Source of the DNA: Microcoleus sp.
GTDB lineage: Bacteria; Cyanobacteriota; Cyanobacteriia; Cyanobacteriales; Microcoleaceae
DNA length: 64,000 nucleotides
Reading direction: 5' to 3'
Assembly: GCA_052279835.1 (NCBI GenBank)
Contig: CP181291.1
Location: forward strand, 4,960,001 to 5,024,000
Shown here: piece by piece, positions 1 through 9,916 of the stretch
Layout of the letters: the number at the start of each line of letters is the position of its first letter
How positions within the stretch are numbered: the stretch's first letter is position 1
Notes under the pieces: generated by a model
Told to the model about the DNA's origin: nothing
Databases searched by the model: none
The model's input: the letters and a program-made list of their open reading frames with translations, nothing else
Translations under genes and position numbers: made by a program

Positions 1-1651
1 TTTTCACCGCATTAGCCATCTTTTCCACGGCGATCGCCAAAAAACCCTCCGCCACCTGTTCCGGTATCCTCTCACCCCCAATTTCCGCCGCTAATTGGAC
101 AAATTTTTGCCTGACGACATCAGAGGCGATCGGCAAATTGCCATCCAATCCAAAAACTTTTGGGAAAAAATCCGGTTGAATTTTGCCCAACATCACATTG
201 CAATCAGTCACCGTCAAAGGGCCACCTTTCCGATAGCAAGCAGGCCCAGGATTAGCCCCCGCAGAAGCAGGCCCAACGCGGTAACGGGCACCATCAAAAA
301 ATACAATGGAACCACCACCGGCTGCTACAGTATGAATTGCCATCACGGGCGATCGCAATCTGACACCAGCAATTTCTGTCTCGAATTCCCGTTCGTATTC
401 GCCATTAAAATGGGCAACATCCGTAGAAGTTCCGCCCATATCAAAGGTAATAATTTTATCAAAACCAGCGAGTTTACTGGTTTTAACTGCGCCGACAATT
501 CCCCCAGCCGGGCCAGATAAAATACTGTTTTTTCCCTGAAATTGGGCGGCATCAACTAAGCCGCCATTCGACTGCATAAACATTAATTTAGGGAGTTGGG
601 AATTGGGAGTTGGGCTACTATTTCCTGACCCCCCCCTGCCCCCCCCTAGGGGGGAATCGGAAGAAGGGGAGGGGGAATTGGGAGTTGGGCTACTATTTCC
701 TGACCCCCCCCTGCCCCCCCCTAGGGGGGAATCGGAAGAAGGGGAGGGGGAATTGGGAGTTGGGCTACTATTTCCTGACCCCCCCCTGCCCCCCCCTAGG
801 GGGGAATCGGAAGAAGGGGAGGGGGAATTGGGAGTTGGGCTACTACTTCCTGACCCCCCCCTGCCCCCCCCAAGGGGGGAATGGGAAGGGAGTTCCTCGT
901 TCCCAGACTCTGCCTGGGAACGCAGATCCAGAGGCTCTGCCTCGATCAATTCATTGGTTACTTGTTCGACATAGCGGCGTAAAATCGGAGATAAATAAGC
1001 ATCGACAACGGCAGTATCTCCCCGCGAAACTAATTTCATCAGCGGGCTAACTTCGTGAGATACTGATATTTGGGTAAAGCCAATTTGCTTGGCAATTTCA
1101 GCAACTTGTTGTTCGTGTTCGCAGTAGCGGTAGCCGTGCATAAATACGATCGCACAACTGCGAATTCCATCATCATAGGCTTGCTGCAAAGATGGGATAA
1201 AATCGAAATTAACAGCAATTAACTCCTCACCTGTGGCGCTGTAGCGTTCAGTAACTTCGATCGCTCGATCGTACAACATTTCCGGCAGCACAATCTGACG
1301 CGCGAAGATATTCGGGCGGTTTTGGTAGCCAATTCTCAGCGCATCGCCAAAACCTTTAGTAATTAACAGCAGCGTGCGATCGCCCTTGCGTTCCAGCAAA
1401 GCATTTGTCGCCACCGTCGTCCCCATTTTAATCGCTGCAATTGCGGCCGCGGGAATCGGAACATCTGTCGGAATTCCCAAAATATCCCGAATTCCTTGAA
1501 CCGCGGCATCTGTGTAGCGATCGGGATTTTCCGATAGCAACTTGTGAATAATTAGTTTACCATCAGGACATTTAGCTACAATATCAGTAAAAGTACCCCC
1601 GCGATCGATCCAAAATTGCCAGTTGGGGCGATCGACAAAATCAGCATTCAT
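1..1651 (-). CDS. 5-oxoprolinase / hydantoinase-oxoprolinase family, N-terminal part (runs off window edge); carries an in-frame repeat insertion
   Basis: Manual translation from ATG at 1651: [26 protein letters not shown]...[19 protein letters not shown]...[18 protein letters not shown]...[10 protein letters not shown]...SILSGPAGG. Frame checked open across 541-1020. Missing from the ORF track because it is partial. Confidence 0.92.
   Translation of the reverse strand, partial: MNADFVDRPNWQFWIDRGGTFTDIVAKCPDGKLIIHKLLSENPDRYTDAAVQGIRDILGIPTDVPIPAAAIAAIKMGTTVATNALLERKGDRTLLLITKGFGDALRIGYQNRPNIFARQIVLPEMLYDRAIEVTERYSATGEELIAVNFDFIPSLQQAYDDGIRSCAIVFMHGYRYCEHEQQVAEIAKQIGFTQISVSHEVSPLMKLVSRGDTAVVDAYLSPILRRYVEQVTNELIEAEPLDLRSQAESGNEELPSHSPLGGGRGGSGSSSPTPNSPSPSSDSPLGGGRGGSGNSSPTPNSPSPSSDSPLGGGRGGSGNSSPTPNSPSPSSDSPLGGGRGGSGNSSPTPNSQLPKLMFMQSNGGLVDAAQFQGKNSILSGPAGGIVGAVKTSKLAGFDKIITFDMGGTSTDVAHFNGEYEREFETEIAGVRLRSPVMAIHTVAAGGGSIVFFDGARYRVGPASAGANPGPACYRKGGPLTVTDCNVMLGKIQPDFFPKVFGLDGNLPIASDVVRQKFVQLAAEIGGERIPEQVAEGFLAIAVEKMANAVK
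590..890. repeat. 75-bp tandem repeat, about 3.7 copies, built on a CCCCCCCTGCCCCCCCCTAGGGGGG hairpin unit
   Basis: Unit GGGAATTGGGAGTTGGGCTACTATTTCCTGACCCCCCCCTGCCCCCCCCTAGGGGGGAATCGGAAGAAGGGGAGG repeats directly. Confidence 0.95.
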
Positions 1652-1786
1652 ATTTTTTTCTCTACTGTAATATTTGAATAAATTAAAATTATTCAACAAA
1701 GTTACCAGCAAGTCAACTCATAAAAATCATAACTTCTCTTTTCTTCCTTCGCCCCTGAGAGCACCTTCGCGGTTTCCCAAAAATGC

Positions 1787-2677
1787 CTATAAATGTCGAA
1801 TAGCCTCAATCAGCCCCCCACAAACGCCAGCGAGAAAATCTAAATCCAAAGTTTCAATCCGATCGCTAGCTTGATGATAGTGAGGATTGCGCATATTAGC
1901 AGTATCAGTCACCATGATAGCCGGATAACCATTATCCCAAAAAGGAGCATGATCGCTGCGGCGAGTATCCGGCACAATTAAACCTCGATTCGGCACCGGC
2001 AACCACTCGCACAACTGACCAGATTTGCGAATTGTGGCACTCAAATTAATCAAATCTGGAACAGTCCGCAGATTACCAATTAAAGCAATAAAATTGCCAG
2101 AATTGGGATAAAAATATTTCAATCCACTAGGATATTTTTGGGAGTTGGGATTGTGGTTGCAATAACCCAACATTTCCAAAGAAATCATCAACCGAAGCGA
2201 CTGTTTTTGTGCTTTTAACTTATCAGCATAATCCTTGCTACCGAAATAGCCGGATTCTTCCATATCGAAGGCGACTAATGTCACTGGATATTTGAGAGGT
2301 TGAAGGGCGATCGCCCTTGCGAGTTCCAACAAAACAGCCACGCCAGTACCATTATCATCGGCCCCAGGCGTACCGGGTACTGTATCGTAATGGGCACCAA
2401 TTAGAATCGGCTGTTCTAGCTTCCCCCCCTTAGCCTGGGGTAGCTGTTCTAGCTTCCCCCCCTTAGCAAGGGGGGGACTGAGGGGGGGTAAATCCAAGAT
2501 CAAATTGTGATGAATCCGGCCGCGCACCGCAAAATCATCTATTTCTACAGTTCCCCACTGTCCCAACTGTTCGCGGATGTATTGCTGGACATAGAAATGT
2601 CCGCCTGATGCGAGGTATGGGTGGCGATCGCGTACAATTTGAATCAGATGACTTTGCAAACGTTCCTTGAGATTCAT
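1787..2677 (-). CDS. M28 family peptidase
   Basis: IGAHYDTV, PGADDNGTG, FDMEE and RRSDH motifs. Confidence 0.9.
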   Translation of the reverse strand: MNLKERLQSHLIQIVRDRHPYLASGGHFYVQQYIREQLGQWGTVEIDDFAVRGRIHHNLILDLPPLSPPLAKGGKLEQLPQAKGGKLEQPILIGAHYDTVPGTPGADDNGTGVAVLLELARAIALQPLKYPVTLVAFDMEESGYFGSKDYADKLKAQKQSLRLMISLEMLGYCNHNPNSQKYPSGLKYFYPNSGNFIALIGNLRTVPDLINLSATIRKSGQLCEWLPVPNRGLIVPDTRRSDHAPFWDNGYPAIMVTDTANMRNPHYHQASDRIETLDLDFLAGVCGGLIEAIRHL

Positions 2678-2924
2678 GGAGGCTAGTACACGCTGAGTAT
2701 AATCAAATTATATTCTGTTTGATCGCGAAGTTTAATTACTCAACTTATGTATTTTTTTAGCTATATTGATGAGAACAGCTAGGCGGTAACACTTATTTTT
2801 TGAGGGCTGCTATGACAATCACAAAAGATCTATTTCCGAATTGTCTAAGATAACCCTTCCGACAGATGGTTTGAATATTGCTAATTCGTTAAATTGAAAA
2901 AAAGTAGTTCTTGTTACATATTAT

Positions 2925-3644
2925 ATGCTCACTTCTTCTTACCCTCTGAAACAGGTATTCCACTGTCCTGAAGAATCTAATTTTTACTCGCAGTGCCTGG
3001 AAAATTTGGTGTTAAATGCTAGCGACAATTCTCAACTCGTCGTAGAGTTTGGTTCGGGAGAGGGAAGCCCAGTTATTAAGTCTTTGTTGAGAACTAGCTT
3101 TGAGGGAAAAATTCACGGGTTTGAGCTAAATAATGTGGCTTGGAAAATTGCTCAATCTCAGATTCGAGAATATGAACTGAGCGAACAATATGTCGTTCAC
3201 AATTGCTCTTTTTTTGATTCACCTTTATATAAGCAAGCGGATTGTTTGATTTCAAATCCGCCTTATCTGCCCGCTGCGGATGACAAAATTTACCAGCCAC
3301 TATTGCATGGCGGAAGTGATGGCTCGACCATTGCTAAGCGACTTTTGTCTACGGGATGTGAAAAAGTTTTACTGATGGTTTCTAGCTATTCTAATCCGCT
3401 GGGTTTGATTGATTATGCCTTGGCTCAAGGTTACTCCGTGGCGGGTTTTGAGATTTCACCTTTGAGTTTTGGCTATTACAGTTCCGAACCCAAGGTGAAA
3501 AACGCGATCGCCACTCTGCGAGAACAGGGAAAGGCTTTTTATTCTCGAAACATCTATCTGCTGGCCGGTGTTTTGTTTAAGCAGCAGCAAAAGTCCCACA
3601 GGGATTTATCGGGGGAGTTAATGCAGTTGATGACTGTGTTGTAA
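2925..3644 (+). CDS. SAM-dependent methyltransferase (NPPY type)
   Basis: VEFGSGEG SAM-binding motif; LISNPPY motif. Confidence 0.85.
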   Translation: MLTSSYPLKQVFHCPEESNFYSQCLENLVLNASDNSQLVVEFGSGEGSPVIKSLLRTSFEGKIHGFELNNVAWKIAQSQIREYELSEQYVVHNCSFFDSPLYKQADCLISNPPYLPAADDKIYQPLLHGGSDGSTIAKRLLSTGCEKVLLMVSSYSNPLGLIDYALAQGYSVAGFEISPLSFGYYSSEPKVKNAIATLREQGKAFYSRNIYLLAGVLFKQQQKSHRDLSGELMQLMTVL

Positions 3645-3705
3645 AATACCACCCAGTACGGTGCGTCAGTTTCTGACGCACCTGAGATGTTGCAGCCTAG
3701 GAAAG

Positions 3706-4804
3706 TTAATTTTGTGCGGCTGCTTGGATCGATCGCACCACAGCAGCCCCAGCCCGATCGCCGATCAGTTTCTCCTGATCGTAGCCCAACACCAGTTCCC
3801 AGGCATCCTCCGGGTATTTGTCCGCTAGTGGCAAAGCTACTTCATCCAACATCCAGCGCCCGTGACGTTCGTCTTCTCGGATGTGCAGTTCCCAGTAACC
3901 CATTGCAGCTTGGGAAAGATCCAAACGCTGGGCGGCGGCGAGATAATTCCTGTAGGCGACTGGCCCAGCTACCTCAAAATAGGTCAGTCCGCCGTTGTAG
4001 CGCAGAAAATAGCGCTTGCGTTTCCGTCAGCAAGAAGTTGTGATTGGCGCCAGCAAGCACTTGCCAAGGCACTAAGTCAAAGTATGCTTCCGGTTGCGTA
4101 CTCATGCCGAATTCTGCCAGCATTTGGGCAAAATAGGTCGAGTGCTTGCGGGCGAGACGACCGCCACCGTATTCTTCGATCAGCACCCGTGTCAGGGTAC
4201 ATTGGATTTCGTTGGCGGCACCGCCGAGGATGCGGGAAAGGCGGCTGGCTTCTACTAAACCATCGAAAGAGGCGATCGCCAGCAAGTGCCGATATCCCTC
4301 TACAGTCATCTCTTCCCGCAAATAGCGATCGGCAAAAGTTAGCGGAGGATCGACATCAGCAGCAGCGCGATCGCGTAGGGCTTGCTTAACATCTAACTGG
4401 TGCAGCCGTGGGAGGTCAATGTGTGCGAGTTCCCACTGTTGCCAAGGTTCCTCAATCCGATCGCGCACGGAACGCAAATAGTGCGATCGCTCGTTGTTGT
4501 AGTGACGCAAATCGTCGTACCAAAATAAGTTGAGTCTGTTGATGCGGTACAGCACCCGCTGCAAAAAGCGGTGTGCCGCATCATCGCTTGAGGATTCCTG
4601 GTAAGCCGATCGAACAGCCACTGCGATCGCACTTTCCAAGTCACTGACAAGTAACGGTTTTGCCGCCACCGTTTTGTCTAAATCATCAACATCTAACAAG
4701 TTGACGAATTGCTGCTCTGCTGTTTCGTAGTTTGTAGCTGTTATTTGTTGCTTTTGCAGACTCGACGATTCAGTTTTTGATGATAGATCTAGGGTGCTGT
4801 GCAT
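3706..4804 (-). pseudogene. Iron-containing redox enzyme (heme-oxygenase-like diiron oxidase), single +1 frameshift near 4021-4023
   Basis: Removing one A from GAAACG joins the two ORFs: NFLLTERKRYFLRYNGGLTYFEVAGP...GYWELHIREDERHG. Metal-ligand motifs EEYG..H and ELHxxEDxxH are present. Could be a sequencing error. Confidence 0.8.
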
Positions 4805-5030
4805 GAAATCAAATTATGCTAATTTTAATCAGTTTACTCTTGACCCAAACAGCCAATCTTTACCGATTGCTGAGGATTGCCGCTACTACTATTCAAAATA
4901 GCTAATCTGTTTGCTCAATACACCTTTCTCTTGATAGATATTTGACTTATCCCCTAGGTAATGCAAGCCTCAAATTTAATAAATCTCTCCCCTCGCTTGT
5001 GGTACTGGCCTAAATTCTGCTGATTCTTAG

Positions 5031-5630
5031 CTAATTACTTTTGATAGTTGCTTTCTGTGGTACAGTAATTCTGCCTAAAATCATGGCATCTTTTTGAGCA
5101 GGCACTGCTTGTCGCCACGCTTTGATACCGCCGGAAAGGACAACAAAATTAAAGGGCATATCCTGATTTTGTTGAGTCTTATTTCGCGGAATATCTTGGG
5201 AATACTGAGCCATTTTTTCCAATTTGTGGTATGCTTTAATCGATCGCCCTCCTCTAGCACAATAAAGTACAACTATTGGCTGAGTTCGATCGTCTTTAGC
5301 CCTAGCTTTGACAATAGATTGAACCTGCTTGACACCGAACCCCATCTCAATATCAGTTAGGGGAACCAGGGGACTGTCACCGATGCGATCTTCCGCGTAT
5401 TCTTCAGGCGATCGGACATCTATCAAAATCACTGGCTTCAACTTACCCTGCTGCAATTGTGCAACACTTACTTGTTTGGTATTTAAACTGGCGATAAAAG
5501 TAGGAATATCCATGTGATTAAATAGGGCAAGTGAACTCAAAGAACCAAGACTAATTAATCCCAAGCCCATAATTACCAGCCACGGGCGAGAATAGCGATT
5601 AATACTTTGTTTTAAATTTAGATTTAGCAT
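5031..5630 (-). CDS. Rhodanese-like domain protein with N-terminal TM/signal
   Basis: LIDVRSPEEY, VVLYCARGGRS and LSGGIKAW motifs. Confidence 0.88.
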   Translation of the reverse strand: MLNLNLKQSINRYSRPWLVIMGLGLISLGSLSSLALFNHMDIPTFIASLNTKQVSVAQLQQGKLKPVILIDVRSPEEYAEDRIGDSPLVPLTDIEMGFGVKQVQSIVKARAKDDRTQPIVVLYCARGGRSIKAYHKLEKMAQYSQDIPRNKTQQNQDMPFNFVVLSGGIKAWRQAVPAQKDAMILGRITVPQKATIKSN

Positions 5631-6390
5631 TTTTCCTCATCCTTGAAAATGGATAGAACATTTGTCCGACATATCCACCAGGTATAGCATCAGAAATGCC
5701 ATATCGATCGGGCATTTTTTGGACGGGCATATACATAGTGCCAAATAGCAAATCTAAAAGTGGCAACTGAACGGCAAAATTCTTGTTGTAAATTTTGGGA
5801 CTTAGACTGTGATGCCAGTGATGGAATTCCGGGGTGGCGACGAACCACTTGAGCGGGCCAAACTTGATGCTAATGTTAGCATGAATTAAAAATGCGATCG
5901 CCGCCGAATAAAGAGCATAAACCGCAAAAGTTTCCTTAGTAAATCCCAACCAGTAAAGAGGCATCATTTTGCAAATCTGAGTAAAGAGTTGCTCGCAGGG
6001 ATGCACCCGCACTGCTGCCAACCAATCCATGTGTTCAATGCTGTGATGGACTGCATGAAATTGCCACAGCCAGGGTACTTCATGCAGCAGTCGGTGATCG
6101 ATGTAATATGCCATATCGGAAACGATAATTGCTTCTAGAAACTGCAACCAGACAGGTTGAGAAGCTACTTTGCTTTGCAATTCCGGATTGAGTAAATTAG
6201 TCATTAGCGACAAAGTTAGAGTCACAACAATAGCGCCTAATTTGCCAATAAAGTGACCTGTAAAAAAATAGGTAGCATCGGTTTTCCAGTCTCGACGAAA
6301 GACTTTTTGATTGTGTAAAGCAAAGATTCTTTCTAGGGGAATGAATATGGCTGCTAAGATGACGAAACCTTTGATAATTTCAGGTGACAT
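5599..6390 (-). CDS. Sterol desaturase / fatty acid hydroxylase family membrane protein
   Basis: His boxes HRLLH, HAVHH, HAN, HHWHH; likely start at ATG 6390 (MSPEII). Confidence 0.9.
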   Translation of the reverse strand: MSPEIIKGFVILAAIFIPLERIFALHNQKVFRRDWKTDATYFFTGHFIGKLGAIVVTLTLSLMTNLLNPELQSKVASQPVWLQFLEAIIVSDMAYYIDHRLLHEVPWLWQFHAVHHSIEHMDWLAAVRVHPCEQLFTQICKMMPLYWLGFTKETFAVYALYSAAIAFLIHANISIKFGPLKWFVATPEFHHWHHSLSPKIYNKNFAVQLPLLDLLFGTMYMPVQKMPDRYGISDAIPGGYVGQMFYPFSRMRKNAKSKFKTKY

Positions 6391-6413
6391 GAGATTCTGA
6401 TTAATGTCGATAT

Positions 6414-7058
6414 TTAATTCGTTAATGGTTGCGTACCAGCAGCGCAAACAGGAGCATCATTCTGAAGGATAGGATTAGCTGGTTGGATATTCCCAGGATA
6501 ATTTGTTGCACACACAATGAATACAGTAGTCTTTTCATTTTTATCTGCTGGGGAAACAGGTACTAAAAATACAGCCCCGACATAGCTAAGAAGATTATCG
6601 CTGCGGGCTACCCCATAACTAAACGCAGCATTTTTGGTAGCTAGGGCTGAATAGTTATAGTTGGTGGTCTGAGTTTTAATGCCGAGACCCAAGGGACTAA
6701 TGGAATTGGAAAATGTATTGTTCTCTGCATAATAAAATTGTTGACCTTTGTTGATTGAGGCAACATATTGCTTAGCTTCTGAATGCTTCGCTTTATTGCC
6801 GCCACAACTCGCCACATCAGGGATGGCGATCGCCGCCAATATCGTAAAAAGCATTAGACCAAAAGGAAAATAAATAAAAGTTATTTTCAGTAACGTTACT
6901 GCCACAGATTTACGTTTTTTTATTGGCCACAAATCTGGCTGATAATTTTTGGCGACAGATTTAGGTTCTGTGATGGGCCGATCGGGTTGATAAGTTTTTA
7001 CCAAAGCTTCCGATTTTTGGTTAATTTGGTTTAGTTCAGGCTTTTCTTCGAGTTGCAT
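6414..7058 (-). CDS. Type IV pilin-like G/H family protein
   Basis: TM helix followed by KAKHSEAKQYVASINKGQQFYYAENNTF, SYVGAVF and a C-terminal Cys pair. Confidence 0.85.
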   Translation of the reverse strand: MQLEEKPELNQINQKSEALVKTYQPDRPITEPKSVAKNYQPDLWPIKKRKSVAVTLLKITFIYFPFGLMLFTILAAIAIPDVASCGGNKAKHSEAKQYVASINKGQQFYYAENNTFSNSISPLGLGIKTQTTNYNYSALATKNAAFSYGVARSDNLLSYVGAVFLVPVSPADKNEKTTVFIVCATNYPGNIQPANPILQNDAPVCAAGTQPLTN

Positions 7059-7209
7059 AGTTGTTCTCCAAATGTTTGACACGAGAAGTTTTTAGACGAT
7101 GATTTGTCTTAGGAGATGTGCGAGATTCGGCTTTGAGGTAGCGCCTCTTTGACCTTGGACCGAGGATTTGCCAACCTGGGCGATCGCCCTTTCTACCGTA
7201 TTTCTATTA

Positions 7210-7268
7210 AATCAGGTGGCTATTTGAGAACATGAGTGAGTTCTCATCGACTTCTCATCGACTTTAGA
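7210..7268 (-). promoter_or_regulatory. Shared operator: 2x AAGTCGATGA (11-bp period) plus CTCAAATAGCCACCTGATT box, upstream of the pilin operon
   Basis: Reverse complement reads tgtctaAAGTCGATGAgAAGTCGATGAgaactcactcatgttCTCAAATAGCCACCTGATT; the same elements occur at 9793-9867. Confidence 0.7.
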
Positions 7269-7299
7269 CATCAGTGGCATTTAATAGCGCTATTGACTA

Positions 7300-7402
7300 T
7301 ATAGCAATCCTTGCAGGAGTCGTAAATTTTTTACCCCACCCCAACCCTCCCCTTGCTAAGGGGAGAGAGTAAGAAGTTCACAAATGATTTAGGATTGCTA
7401 TA
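7300..7402. mobile_element. MITE-like element with TATAGCAATCCT terminal inverted repeats
   Basis: tatagcaatcct (7300-7311) and aggattgctata (7391-7402); internal CCCCTTGCTAAGGGG hairpin. Confidence 0.65.
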
Positions 7403-7433
7403 ATTGAATAAATGATTAGAGGCACCGTGAGTT

Positions 7434-7994
7434 ATGGCAGTGCAGTTGCTCAAAAAACTGTTCACAGTCGAAGAATATCATCTGATGGGTAAAGCTGGTA
7501 TTCTTTCAGAGGGCGATCGCGTAGAATTGATAGAAGGAGAACTTGTTGAAATGGCCGCTATTGGAACTCGTCACGCAGGTTGTGTGAACCGGATTACCCG
7601 ACTCTTTTGTCGGCTTCCAGAAGAAAGGGCGATTGTGACTGTACAAAACCCCATTCAAGTCAGCCAGCAAACTGAACCGCAACCCGATCTAGTATTGCTG
7701 GAACCTCGCGCCGATTACTATTCAACCGCCCATCCCCTACCATCGGAAGTTTTACTGTTAATAGAAGTAGCTGACACTTCCATAGATTATGATAGAGATG
7801 TGAAACTTCCTATTTATGCCCGATCGCAAATTCAGGAAGTATGGATTGTCAATTTACAGGAAAACTGCTTGGAAGTTTACCGCCAGCCGACAGTTAACGG
7901 TTACAGTTTAATGCTGAGGTTGTGGCGGGGCGATGAAGTTTCGCCGCTGGCTTTTCCCGAATTTGTAGTTAGTGTGGATTTGGCGATCGGCTAA
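7434..7994 (+). CDS. Uma2 family (DUF820) endonuclease-fold protein
   Basis: VELIEGELV, EPQPDL, LLIEVADTS, KLPIYARSQIQEVWIV motifs. Confidence 0.92.
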   Translation: MAVQLLKKLFTVEEYHLMGKAGILSEGDRVELIEGELVEMAAIGTRHAGCVNRITRLFCRLPEERAIVTVQNPIQVSQQTEPQPDLVLLEPRADYYSTAHPLPSEVLLLIEVADTSIDYDRDVKLPIYARSQIQEVWIVNLQENCLEVYRQPTVNGYSLMLRLWRGDEVSPLAFPEFVVSVDLAIG

Positions 7995-8084
7995 ATCAGG
8001 ATTATACCATTTCAGATTTGAGAATGACTTGGTGGATATTGGTTTAAAGTTTGCTTGCAGTTGAATTATTTTGGGATTTCAGGA

Positions 8085-9470
8085 TTATTTGCATTCTAGC
8101 CGATCGCGAAAATATTCCTCATACAAGCGACATCTCGGAATACATTGATTTCCATCCAACTTCACCAGCCCCATACTATTTAACTTAAACCCCAATTCTG
8201 ACTTCAATCGCACTGGCTGCGAAACACTCGTCACCTCTCTCATCCCCTCCATTAATTCCCCATATTTCTCTAAATTCCACAAATGCCGGCGCAAATGATC
8301 GCTGTAAATTCCCGCTTCAGTTGCAGGTTCTTTCACTAACCGATATAAACTCACATCTTGACGCGAAATATGATACATTCCCAGCCGCACTAAATAAGGA
8401 TTTCCGCCCACTAAACCCATCAATTCTGCAACTTCAGCAGCACTCCAATTCAATCCGTGCCGCCTTGCCAAATCTTGCACTTGCTGCAAATTAAACTCCG
8501 GCAATTCTATCGGCAATCCCACATTAAACGGCGATTTATTCACATCCAGCGGGATATAAACTTCCGTAGAATGCACCACAATCAAGCGAAACTTTTTCCA
8601 AATATCTCGCCGCTTTGCTTCTTCGTGCAAAGCCCGCAATAACCCAAAAAAATCATCGGCAATTTCCGGCGATTCAAATAGGCGATCGCACTCATCCAAA
8701 CCCAATGTCAAAGGCGGTGACGATTCCGACAGCAAAGACTGTTCAAAAAAAGCCTTGCAGCACTGATTGCTGCCAATTAAATCAGCTAATTCCCAACACT
8801 TCGGCAACTGTTCCAGCATTCCCAATTCTTGACCGACGCTAGCACAAAACCACTGCAAAAATGTATCTGAACTTGCAAAAACTCTCCGATTTGCTAGCTG
8901 AAAACTCAGCGCCACCGTCCGAGAACCTTGCTGTTCTGCATGATGCAAAATCCGCGCCATTAAAGAAGTTTTGCCCATCTGTCTGGGAGCTTTAATCCGA
9001 ATCAGCGCTCCCGGTTGGCCGATGGTTTCATAACAGCGGGATTCGATCGGAGGGCGATCGATATACAAACGAGAAGCTAAATCTACTTGTCCTCCCGGCA
9101 ATTCTGGCGCTGCGGCTGGCAAGGGTTGAATTATCGACTGTTTTATGTTAGTAATTTTGCTTGAATTGACAGCTAATTCATGGCCTGCACTGGATTGGGC
9201 GATCGCAATTTTTGCAGATATTGGCAACACCTCATCGGGCGCGGATTCCGCCTCAAAATCGGCTATATCGCGCCATTCCTGGCCCAATCCGCGACAAATT
9301 TCGATGAAATTGGCATAATCCACAGGTTTGCCATTCAGGAAATGACTGACAGTAAATTGGGCTATCCCTAAATCCTCAGCCAGGATTTTCTGACTGGGAA
9401 AGCCATTTCTCAGGAGAGACGATTTAACTGCGGGAATGTACTTGAGACGCAGCCTGAGCGATCGAGCCAT
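8085..9470 (-). CDS. N-terminal XRE-like HTH + AAA_35 (STAND-like) NTPase
   Basis: SQKILAEDLGIAQFTVSHFLNG HTH; PGGQV..S.LYIDRP; Walker A APRQMGKTS; Walker B LGLDECD; SPFNVG; GGNPYL. Confidence 0.88.
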   Translation of the reverse strand: MARSLRLRLKYIPAVKSSLLRNGFPSQKILAEDLGIAQFTVSHFLNGKPVDYANFIEICRGLGQEWRDIADFEAESAPDEVLPISAKIAIAQSSAGHELAVNSSKITNIKQSIIQPLPAAAPELPGGQVDLASRLYIDRPPIESRCYETIGQPGALIRIKAPRQMGKTSLMARILHHAEQQGSRTVALSFQLANRRVFASSDTFLQWFCASVGQELGMLEQLPKCWELADLIGSNQCCKAFFEQSLLSESSPPLTLGLDECDRLFESPEIADDFFGLLRALHEEAKRRDIWKKFRLIVVHSTEVYIPLDVNKSPFNVGLPIELPEFNLQQVQDLARRHGLNWSAAEVAELMGLVGGNPYLVRLGMYHISRQDVSLYRLVKEPATEAGIYSDHLRRHLWNLEKYGELMEGMREVTSVSQPVRLKSELGFKLNSMGLVKLDGNQCIPRCRLYEEYFRDRLECK

Positions 9471-9514
9471 TGCTTATAACGATCGAGACACTGAAACCAT
9501 CATAAATGCCAAGG

Positions 9515-9539
9515 GTCCCAAAGTCGATGAAAAGTCGAT
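9515..9539. promoter_or_regulatory. 2x AAGTCGAT direct-repeat operator about 45-70 bp upstream of the HTH-AAA gene
   Basis: gtcccaAAGTCGATGAaAAGTCGAT. Confidence 0.65.
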
Positions 9540-9561
9540 TGCTGTACCGATATCGTTTGTA

Positions 9562-9742
9562 AGTCCGACAGTCCGACAGGGAATTAATTCCCTGTCTCAT
9601 AGCGAAAGTCCTCTAAAAGAGGACTGAAAAGGCAATTAAATCAACTTCTTAATCCTCTATTTTAACTCTCAAATCTATAGTCGGTTTTAACCGACTTTCG
9701 CTATGAGGCAGGGGTTTAAACCCCTGCCGGACTGCCGGACTG
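9562..9742. repeat. Inverted pair of double-hairpin REP-like elements
   Basis: 9577-9625 and 9679-9726 are inverted copies with co-varying stems; a third copy lies at 11194-11241. Confidence 0.75.
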
Positions 9743-9787
9743 ACGAACTGCCAGAATGCGAGTTTGACCTTAAATTGACTGCTAACC

Positions 9788-9867
9788 GTCCCAAGTCGAT
9801 GCAAAGTCGATGAAAAGTCGATGAATTCTCGAATAACTCAGTCGCCAACTCAAATAGCCACCTGATT
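9788..9867 (+). promoter_or_regulatory. Shared operator: 3x AAGTCGATG (11-bp period) plus CTCAAATAGCCACCTGATT box, upstream of the nfeD-SPFH operon
   Basis: gtcccAAGTCGATGcaAAGTCGATGAaAAGTCGATGA, then 24 nt, then CTCAAATAGCCACCTGATT. Confidence 0.7.
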
Positions 9868-9916
9868 AGATTAGGAATAACAAGGTTGAATCACATCAAA
9901 ACGAGGTAAAAGCATT

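Noticed and set aside
590..890. Possible CRISPR array
   Set aside because: Units are identical end to end with no unique spacers, and no cas genes are in the window.
603..1050. Plus-strand ORFs of 123 and 146 aa with 25-aa repeats
   Set aside because: Shadow frames of the 75-bp tandem repeat inside the minus-strand oxoprolinase.
7434..7994. Uma2 gene as the effector of the NTPase pair
   Set aside because: Uma2 genes are abundant and scattered in cyanobacteria (another at 56530). This one is preceded by a MITE, and the nearby operator is oriented away from it, so it is probably a later insertion.
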